From IMG/VR virus record IMGVR_UViG_3300010942_000265: a stretch of DNA of 49,311 bases; one strand, 5' to 3'. The translations under genes and the position numbers were made by a program. Below are positions 9,249 through 17,032 of this stretch, one piece after another. The DNA comes from a virus (taxonomy: Duplodnaviria; Heunggongvirae; Uroviricota; Caudoviricetes). Below the pieces are notes generated by a model. It had not been told where the DNA came from, did not search any database, and worked only from the letters and a program-made list of their open reading frames with translations. How positions within the stretch are numbered: the first letter of the stretch is position 1; each line of letters opens with the position of its first letter.

Positions 9249-9282
9249 TGTTGCAGGTTTGTTGGTTTCTGTAACAACAACG

Positions 9283-9316
9283 GCAAAGCCCTCGCACTTG
9301 CGGGGGTTTTGTTTTT
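9283..9316 (+). terminator. Rho-independent terminator closing the fibre module
   Basis: GCAAAGCCCTCGC-ACTT-GCGGGGGTTTTGT stem (with G-U pairs) followed by TTTT, after the stop at 9248. Confidence 0.8.
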
Positions 9317-9321
9317 ATACC

Positions 9322-9358
9322 TATATTTGTTAATGTCATTAATTTTTAGTATATTATT
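9322..9358 (+). promoter_or_regulatory. Candidate promoter upstream of the IHF-like gene
   Basis: TATATTTG at 9322-9329 fits the Bacteroidota -7 consensus TAnnTTTG; TTTTAGTATATTA lies at 9344-9356, just after a terminator. Confidence 0.4.
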
Positions 9359-9940
9359 ATGAAGGAATTCAAGATGCCTGACGTAAAAGCACCTAGGTTT
9401 AGACCAGATGTTTATAATGTAATGAATAAAAAGTTCTTTGAGAGTTTTAGACAGAAGTATCCAAAGTATAAAGACTTGGATGATAGAGAGTTAAAGAGAA
9501 TAGGAAAGACCTTTAATCAAACTATGTATCAAGCTGTTATAGATACAAGAGATGGAATTCAACTTCCTGAACAAATTGGATGGCTTTTTATTGGTTCATG
9601 TCAGCAAAGTAAGAAACAGAATATTGACTTTGCTAAGTCAAAGCAATATGGTGTTAAAGTTAGTAATAACAATTGGGCCACAGATGGAAAACTAGCAAAG
9701 ATATTTTTTTCAAATTTTGCGCCAAAGCATAGAATAAGGAACAGAGAGTATTGGACATTTGTTGCTTGCCGAGAATTTAAAAGAAGTGTTGCTAAAGCAT
9801 ATCCTGAAAACTGGAATATGTACCTTGCAGTTGATTCTGCAAAACAAGCTAAAGTAGCTTATGCTAAACACTTATACAAAGACATGAAGAATAAAGAAAC
9901 CGCTAAGGCTTTAGAGACATATAATGAATTTGACTTATGA
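9359..9940 (+). CDS. IHF/HU-like DNA-binding protein of the crAss-like family
   Basis: 193 aa, basic. DGIQLPEQIGWLFIG...NIDFAKSKQYG...TDGKLAKIFFS...YWTFVACREFKR follows the pattern of the IHF-like gene next to the ring and muzzle genes in crAss-like phages. The start may be Met6 (9374). Confidence 0.65.
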   Translation: MKEFKMPDVKAPRFRPDVYNVMNKKFFESFRQKYPKYKDLDDRELKRIGKTFNQTMYQAVIDTRDGIQLPEQIGWLFIGSCQQSKKQNIDFAKSKQYGVKVSNNNWATDGKLAKIFFSNFAPKHRIRNREYWTFVACREFKRSVAKAYPENWNMYLAVDSAKQAKVAYAKHLYKDMKNKETAKALETYNEFDL

Positions 9941-10599
9941 CAACAATTGGAGAAGCAATATCAAGAGTAAGAAATACATTAAAAGCTGTTAAGGAAGATC
10001 CATTTTTAACAGACCGTACAATCTATTCATCATTACTCAAGTATGCACAGACTCTCATAAAGAGAGAAGATAATCAGTTTAGGCTTATGAAGATGAGCCA
10101 GATCTTTAAGGTTATGCCTTATGTTGAACTGATTGATGTAGATAAGGTAGAAGCCGGTTGTATTGGTGTATACTCTGAATGCTATTTCAAAAGATCAAAA
10201 GAAAAGATACCAACTATTCTTAATGGAATGTTTGGGCCTATTATACGCACAGCATCATCAATTGATGGAACTGTAGAAATGTTCCGTACAGAACCAGGAA
10301 CTTGGGCATCTATTACAAAATCTACAACTTTCAAATATAATAAGAGACCATACTTCTGGTATCTTAATGGTTATATCTATGTACCTAATGTTGATTGGGA
10401 TGCAATTAGAATTGAAGCCATATTTGAAGGACAGTTAGATACATGCAGTAGTGATCCTTGCCTTATAAGACAAGATGATCCATTTGTTGTACCAGAGTAT
10501 TTATTTTCTGAAATGGAACAATACGTAGTAAAAGAATTAACCCTGACTATGTCAATCCCAACTGATGGGCCAGATGATGGTCAAAATACTCTTAGATAA
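9937..10599 (+). CDS. Tail ring protein (crAss-type)
   Basis: 220 aa, ATGA overlap with the upstream gene. DDx-type helical N-terminus (EDPFLTDRTI), YFWYLNGYIY, IRIEAIFE and C-terminal PFVVPEYL; syntenic with ring genes. Confidence 0.65.
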   Translation: MTTIGEAISRVRNTLKAVKEDPFLTDRTIYSSLLKYAQTLIKREDNQFRLMKMSQIFKVMPYVELIDVDKVEAGCIGVYSECYFKRSKEKIPTILNGMFGPIIRTASSIDGTVEMFRTEPGTWASITKSTTFKYNKRPYFWYLNGYIYVPNVDWDAIRIEAIFEGQLDTCSSDPCLIRQDDPFVVPEYLFSEMEQYVVKELTLTMSIPTDGPDDGQNTLR

Positions 10600-11639
10600 T
10601 GGATTTTAATTACACACTTAGATATAGAACGTTTGACCAATTATTGGAAGATGTTACTATAGACCTAAATACATTTGCTCTTGAAAATATGATTGAGCCT
10701 CAGCAACTTATTAAGTTAGTAAGAAAGCTGAACTATGAATTAGGGTTAAGAATTAATCAACAAAAAGAAGTTGTATTAGAAGTATGTCATGGTAAAGTCA
10801 AACTTCCTGATGATTTCTATGTGTGGAATTATGCCATGGTGTGTAATGAATATACTGAGCATGTTGGTTATGATGGAGTTGCGGGAGGTACTAACATTCA
10901 AGAGGTGCCTTATAAGGAAGTACCTAGTACTGTAGACTTTTGTGCTCCGGAAACTGTAAACTGCAGAACATGTAATTCTAACCCATGTAATCATACAGCA
11001 GCTTGTGATCTTAATCATCCTATAGTAGATCCTATTCCAACAGCATATGATCCAAACAATCCTTATGGTAATACATGTATTGCTCCGCGCGTATTCATGA
11101 ACTGTAAAGGAGAAAAGTATGAACTTATCCAGGTGATAAATCCTTCCCTTACAAGAACATATAGATCTTTAACTCCATTACGTATGGTAAGAAGCCAGGA
11201 GATTGATTGTGATTGTCCTAACTTATATTACAATACCAGAGACACAGGTTGGTTAAAAGGAGGCTTCTTGTTCACAAACTTTGAGACAGGTAGAGTGTAT
11301 GTAAACTATATGGGAGAAATGGAAGATGATCAAGGACAATTGCTTGTACCAGATCATCCACTTCTTAATGAGTATTATGAATATGCTTTGAAAAAAAGAA
11401 TCATAGAGAACCTTGCTCTTAATGGTGAAGATGTTGCACAAAGATTACAGATTTTAATTCCTGATTACAGAGCTGCAAGAAACCAAGCAATCAGTTTAGT
11501 AAACACTCCTAACTTTAAAGAAATGGAGGAGATGTGGTGGCAAAATAGACGCGCACAGTATTCTAAATACTATGATATGTTTAAATCATACCAGAGAGGA
11601 AATTACGCAAGAACTTGGAATAATAATAGAGTGATCTAA
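10599..11639 (+). CDS. Tail tubular/ring protein (portal-proximal ring-like)
   Basis: 346 aa, TAATG coupling. KVKLPDDF, FLFTNFETGRVYVNY...DDQGQLLVPDHPLLNEYYEYALK match the crAss tail tubular protein pattern; directly precedes the muzzle gene. Confidence 0.7.
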   Translation: MDFNYTLRYRTFDQLLEDVTIDLNTFALENMIEPQQLIKLVRKLNYELGLRINQQKEVVLEVCHGKVKLPDDFYVWNYAMVCNEYTEHVGYDGVAGGTNIQEVPYKEVPSTVDFCAPETVNCRTCNSNPCNHTAACDLNHPIVDPIPTAYDPNNPYGNTCIAPRVFMNCKGEKYELIQVINPSLTRTYRSLTPLRMVRSQEIDCDCPNLYYNTRDTGWLKGGFLFTNFETGRVYVNYMGEMEDDQGQLLVPDHPLLNEYYEYALKKRIIENLALNGEDVAQRLQILIPDYRAARNQAISLVNTPNFKEMEEMWWQNRRAQYSKYYDMFKSYQRGNYARTWNNNRVI

Positions 11640-14600
11640 TGGCTAAGAATAATATTCAAAATACTACAGATAACCAAACAAAGTCATTTGTTAAAGGTCT
11701 GAACAAAGATTCAGAACCTTCATATGTGACTGATGGTATGTGGACGCATGCAGTAAATGCAATGAACAATACTGCAGAAGGTGATGTTGGAACTTTATCA
11801 AATGAGACCTCAAATTTTTTGTGTTCTACTACAGGTACTACAATGCCTTCTTATGTTACACATAAGTATATCATTGGTGCTATACAAGTCTTTTCAGATA
11901 AATGGTTAATATTCACAGCTGGTCATAATTCATTAGGACAAAATGTTATGTCTGAAATTGGATTGTTTGAAGACGACTTATGTAGATACAGACCTATTGT
12001 ACAAGATGCATGTTTAAGATTTGATAAAAGATATCTTATTTCAGGAGCTTCTAGAGAAAAAGAAGATTGCTCATGGCAGGTATATTGGGCTGATGGTTTA
12101 AATCCAGATAGATATTTAAACATTGGTGATCCTAAGACTTGGCCTACTTCAGACTATTCTTGGTTAGGTGGTGGTGCTTCTAGTATGAACTATTACTCTA
12201 ATGGAACTGACACAACTTTTTTGTGGCCTGGTGTTGCTTGGAATAAAGATTGTGAAGTGATTGATAGTTGTACAATTTGTACTGAGTTAAATACACTTGA
12301 CTGTGACCATATCCGTTTAGCAAGACTAATGGAAACACCATGTCTTAATTTAAGATTAGGACAACAAGGGGGAACCATGGCAAATGGTACTTACTTTGCA
12401 GTAATTGCTTATACTATTAAGGGTCAAAAAGTAACTGATTATTTTTCTCAAAGTAATAACCAATTTGTATTTACACCAAATGATCTAGAAGGTTCTTTGG
12501 TATTAGATGTATCTGCAGATTCTGCAAACTTTGATGAGTTTGTACTTGTACTTGTACAAAATATTAATCAAGGAACCGTTGCAAAACAAATAGGATTTTA
12601 TTCAACAAAGACAACAACTATAGCAATTGACCAGGTTGATCCAAGTCTTGTTACAATTCCTATTGAGCAAATTCCTATACAGACACCAGTATTTGAAAAG
12701 TCAGATCAGATGACTGATGTAAACAATTACTTATTGCGTGTAGGACCTACATCTAAGTTTGATTTTAATTATCAGCCATTAGCAAATCTTATTCAAACTA
12801 AGTGGGCTGCAGTTGAGTATCCTGCGGATTATTATGTGCAAGGAGGTAACCACACAAATTATTTACGTGATGAAGTATATTCATTTTTTATCCGTTGGGT
12901 ATATACCACAGGTGATAAATCAGCTTCTTACCATATTCCCGGTAGAGCTCCAAGGCCTTTTACTATTCCTGGGACTTCAACTATAAAACTTGAGACAGAA
13001 GATTTAAATGTTGCTGATACTTTAGCAACAGATGATAAAGTATTTGAAGTTTATAATACAGCTTATTCTACAGGTGGTCCCTTAGTGGGAACAACATTAC
13101 CTGATGGTGGTGTTATTATTGATGTAGGTAATATGGGATATTGGGAATCTACAGAAGTGTATCCTGATAATAGACCAGATATTTGGAACTCAAGTACTTA
13201 CTGTTGGACAACTCCAGCAGGACAACAACCACAATATGACTTATGTGGTAAACCAATTAGACATCATAAGTTTCCTGAGAACTTTTTAAATAATAGTTCT
13301 AGTACAACTACAGTACATTTTAGAAATAACCCTAATCCAAGTACAACAGGTAATGAGTACTTCATTAGATTAATGGGTGTATTCTTTGAGAACATTGTAT
13401 TACCTAAAGACCAGGATGGAAATGATATTCCTGGAATTGCAGGTTATGAAATTCTAAGAGGTTCTAGAGAAGGTAATAAAACTATTATTGCTAAAGGTAT
13501 GGTTAACAACCTAAGAACTTTTACAATAAAAGGATCTGCAGCAAAAGGCCGCACAGGTTTGTATGCCAACTATCCATTTAACACAATCACCCCTATCAGT
13601 CCTAACGCAGGAGATATGACTGGGTATGATGATCCATATATGCATCAGGTGAATCAGAACATACCTTCAGACATTGTAACATTCCATTCACCAGATACAA
13701 TGTTTAGAACTCCGTTCTTATCTACTACTGAATTAAAAATATATGGTAACTTATCTGGATATTCTACACAACAGTTTATAGAACCTGATAAGCATCCTAA
13801 GTTTAAGCTATTAGCTGATACAGCAATCATACCTATGTTCTTAATGGGTATTGCTGAAGCTATAACTTCTATGATTGGTAAAAGAACTATGAATACACTA
13901 TCTGCAAATGATATGCAGTATAGTTATGATACTTCGTTAGCTGCAGGAACTATAGCCCTAATGCCAGGTGCTGTTGCAAATGTATCTATTCCTATTGTTG
14001 GTGCAGCTGTTGAAGCTTATAATGCTATAATTGGTGGTTATTATAGTTCAGGTTTTGGTTATATTGGAGATGCTCTTACTGCTTTAGCTCTTGGGTTTGA
14101 TAACACTGTTCAATCAATTGAAACAGATACACTTGTTGATATAGTTAATACAAAATCTATTATTCCTGGTTCAGGAGTAACTTCAATTCCAAAATTAGCA
14201 GGTACTATTGAATATCCAGCATATGCTTATTTACCTACACCATTAAGAATTGCAGGAGGATTAAATCAAGTATTATTTTATTTCTCTGAAGGTGCTGATG
14301 TTACATTGCAATTAATTTATGCTTTACTACCATACCGTCAGTTTGCTTTACAGCATATCTCTCATGGTTTTTATAGCAGTATGAATAAAACTCCTGTAAA
14401 CTATATCAGAAGATTTAAGATTGAGGAAAGTTTCTACATGCGCGATAATATACAAGAGATCTCAAGATACCAAGATCAATTTGGTAACTATAACTCTTAC
14501 AGCATTAATAACTTAAAGAGACCTGATTCTGTTGTAGTAAGAACTAAAACAGGTTCTTATGTGGATCCTCTTTATCCTCAAGGATTAAACATAGGACCTG

Positions 14601-17032
14601 CATTATTGGATACTGATAAATCTTTAGTTACGTTAGGGTCTGTTGTACAAGCAGGCGCGTGGGGTGGTTCTGGTTATTTTGCAGCAGGTGCTTTACCTAA
14701 TTTTGAAGATACTGAAGTACCTTTTAGTTTACCTATTGGTAGTCACTATGTTGGTCTTAAAGGAAGAGTAAGAAATCAGTATGGTCAGTTAGGTGGAATT
14801 AAGCAAATAGTGATTACTCCATGTGAGCAGAAAATTAATACGGCAGCCTTACCAGTCTATGGCCCTTATTCTTTACCTGGTTGTGTTGGAACATTCAGAT
14901 ATAAAAAGATTACATCTACTCCTATTTTATTTAACGGAGATACTTACATTAATAGATACACAGAAAAGAATACAATGTGTTTCTATTCTAATTGGTTGTA
15001 TGGTCAACCTGATGGTTATGAGTATAATTACTTCATAAACCAGATGATTCCACAAACAAGATTTAATGTAAATAATATTAAATATGATGTATCTGATTTA
15101 GGAGAAGGTTTAAACTTTTCTTCACCAAGTATACCTGGTACAGGAGCTCTTCCTACTAGATTCTATAATCTTGATTATTACAAAAGTGATAGTAGATACT
15201 ATGATTATATAGATGATGAGCCTAAAGGTTTTCCGGATACTTATCCTGGAATCTTTGGTGCCAAACAAGCTAAGTTCTATATTGCTAATTCATCTGTAAG
15301 AGATTTCTTTGTTGAATCTGATGTATTAGTTGACTTTAGAAAACAAGGAGATTTTGATTGGGAAAAACATTATGATCCATATAGATATACTTTTTATGAA
15401 ACATTCTTTAATGCTGATCCTACAATTTTAGGAAGAGGTAATGTTTACATTTATGATTATTCTTTAAGTGTTTCTAAATTGTACAATCAGTATTTCTCTG
15501 CAGGTAACTTGCAAAGCAAATACTATGATCCTAATGTAGCTAAGCTTTGTTATACATATTATCCAGATAGATTGATTTATTCTTTACCACAACAGATGGA
15601 ATCTATTAAGGATAGTTGGTTTATGTACTTGGCTAATAACTACGCGCAATTTAGATCACAGATTTCTGGAGTTAAATCAATAAACAAATCTGGTATATTC
15701 ATTACGTTCAAGAATGATAGTCCATTGATGTATCAAGGTGTTGATACTCTTCAGACTGATCTTGGTACTAAAATTACTATTGGAGACGGTGGTTTATTTT
15801 CTCAACCAGGTCAATCTGTATCTAATGCAGATAAACCATATGAGTATGGATCTTCACAAAATAGATTAAGTGTGGTATCAACTCCGGCTGGTATGTTCTA
15901 TGCATGTCAAAACCAAGGTAAGATCTTCTCTTACTCTGGAGGATTAGATGAGATTTCACAAAATGGAATGAAATGGTGGTTTATCTTATTCATGCCATAC
16001 AAACTTACAGAAGAGTTTCCTGACTACCCATGGCAAGATAATCCAGTAGCTGGTATTGGAATGCAGTCTGTTTATGATAACAACAATACTATTCTTTACT
16101 TTACTAAAAAAGACTATGCAGTAAAACCTGAATATAAAGGATTACTTACATATGTTCCAATAGATGCTAAAGGCGGGGGAGACTATTTTACATTAGAAGC
16201 TCAACATGGTTCAAGGTTTCTCCTAGGAGACCCAGCCGTATTTGATAATGCATCTTGGACAATGAGTTATGATCCAAAGAATAAGTATTGGATTAGTTTC
16301 CATGACTGGCACCCAGATCTTGTTATTCCAACTAAAGATGTATTCTTAACTACTAAAGGAACAGGATTATGGAAACATAATCAAGTTTGTTCAAGCTACT
16401 GTAACTTTTATGGTCAAGATTATCCTTTTGAAGTTGAGATACCTGTACCAACAGGACAAACTGTAACTACTTTAAAATCAATTGAGTATATCTTAGAATG
16501 TTACAGAAGATCTGCAGTTAACTGTGTAGATCAATTCCATGTTCTAGATTATAACTTTGATCATGCTGTTATATACAATAGTGAACAAGTATCAGGATAT
16601 TTAAATCTTAATTTGTTTCCAAAGAATAATGTAGCATTGAGTTTAGAATATCCTAAGCTAGGTACCAACCTATCTTCATTTGATGTCTTGTTCTCTAAAG
16701 AAGAGCAAAAGTATAAAGTGAATCAGTTCTGGGATATTACAAGTGATCGTGCAGAATTTCCTATAGGGTCTGATTATCCACCAACGGGGCCTGTGATTCC
16801 AGGAACTACAATTCTACAAGGAAACTATGACAGTAATTATATTTGGTTAACGGCTCCTGATGGTTATAGCAGAATTCTTAATCCAGCTAACATGGATTAT
16901 AATAAAGCTTTAATGCAGAGAAAAAAATTCAGACATTACCTTAATTTTATAACTTTGAGAAAAGATGTATCAGGTGATGTAAACATGATATTCAAATTAG
17001 TAAATAGTAAAAATCAATTGTCCCTTAGATAA
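11639..17032 (+). CDS. Muzzle / tail stabilisation protein (P22 gp10-like)
   Basis: 1797 aa. N-terminal FVKGLNKD...WTHAVN, LRDEVYSFFIRW, C-terminal propeller-like repeats (YGSSQNRLSVVSTPAGMFY, WTMSYDPKNKYWISFHDW); position between ring and cargo genes. Confidence 0.8.
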   Translation: MAKNNIQNTTDNQTKSFVKGLNKDSEPSYVTDGMWTHAVNAMNNTAEGDVGTLSNETSNFLCSTTGTTMPSYVTHKYIIGAIQVFSDKWLIFTAGHNSLGQNVMSEIGLFEDDLCRYRPIVQDACLRFDKRYLISGASREKEDCSWQVYWADGLNPDRYLNIGDPKTWPTSDYSWLGGGASSMNYYSNGTDTTFLWPGVAWNKDCEVIDSCTICTELNTLDCDHIRLARLMETPCLNLRLGQQGGTMANGTYFAVIAYTIKGQKVTDYFSQSNNQFVFTPNDLEGSLVLDVSADSANFDEFVLVLVQNINQGTVAKQIGFYSTKTTTIAIDQVDPSLVTIPIEQIPIQTPVFEKSDQMTDVNNYLLRVGPTSKFDFNYQPLANLIQTKWAAVEYPADYYVQGGNHTNYLRDEVYSFFIRWVYTTGDKSASYHIPGRAPRPFTIPGTSTIKLETEDLNVADTLATDDKVFEVYNTAYSTGGPLVGTTLPDGGVIIDVGNMGYWESTEVYPDNRPDIWNSSTYCWTTPAGQQPQYDLCGKPIRHHKFPENFLNNSSSTTTVHFRNNPNPSTTGNEYFIRLMGVFFENIVLPKDQDGNDIPGIAGYEILRGSREGNKTIIAKGMVNNLRTFTIKGSAAKGRTGLYANYPFNTITPISPNAGDMTGYDDPYMHQVNQNIPSDIVTFHSPDTMFRTPFLSTTELKIYGNLSGYSTQQFIEPDKHPKFKLLADTAIIPMFLMGIAEAITSMIGKRTMNTLSANDMQYSYDTSLAAGTIALMPGAVANVSIPIVGAAVEAYNAIIGGYYSSGFGYIGDALTALALGFDNTVQSIETDTLVDIVNTKSIIPGSGVTSIPKLAGTIEYPAYAYLPTPLRIAGGLNQVLFYFSEGADVTLQLIYALLPYRQFALQHISHGFYSSMNKTPVNYIRRFKIEESFYMRDNIQEISRYQDQFGNYNSYSINNLKRPDSVVVRTKTGSYVDPLYPQGLNIGPALLDTDKSLVTLGSVVQAGAWGGSGYFAAGALPNFEDTEVPFSLPIGSHYVGLKGRVRNQYGQLGGIKQIVITPCEQKINTAALPVYGPYSLPGCVGTFRYKKITSTPILFNGDTYINRYTEKNTMCFYSNWLYGQPDGYEYNYFINQMIPQTRFNVNNIKYDVSDLGEGLNFSSPSIPGTGALPTRFYNLDYYKSDSRYYDYIDDEPKGFPDTYPGIFGAKQAKFYIANSSVRDFFVESDVLVDFRKQGDFDWEKHYDPYRYTFYETFFNADPTILGRGNVYIYDYSLSVSKLYNQYFSAGNLQSKYYDPNVAKLCYTYYPDRLIYSLPQQMESIKDSWFMYLANNYAQFRSQISGVKSINKSGIFITFKNDSPLMYQGVDTLQTDLGTKITIGDGGLFSQPGQSVSNADKPYEYGSSQNRLSVVSTPAGMFYACQNQGKIFSYSGGLDEISQNGMKWWFILFMPYKLTEEFPDYPWQDNPVAGIGMQSVYDNNNTILYFTKKDYAVKPEYKGLLTYVPIDAKGGGDYFTLEAQHGSRFLLGDPAVFDNASWTMSYDPKNKYWISFHDWHPDLVIPTKDVFLTTKGTGLWKHNQVCSSYCNFYGQDYPFEVEIPVPTGQTVTTLKSIEYILECYRRSAVNCVDQFHVLDYNFDHAVIYNSEQVSGYLNLNLFPKNNVALSLEYPKLGTNLSSFDVLFSKEEQKYKVNQFWDITSDRAEFPIGSDYPPTGPVIPGTTILQGNYDSNYIWLTAPDGYSRILNPANMDYNKALMQRKKFRHYLNFITLRKDVSGDVNMIFKLVNSKNQLSLR

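Noticed and set aside
9298-9329. Complete Bacteroidota -33/-7 promoter (TTG...TAnnTTTG)
   Set aside because: The -7 box matches, but the candidate -33 lies inside the terminator stem with marginal spacing. Kept only as a low-confidence candidate.
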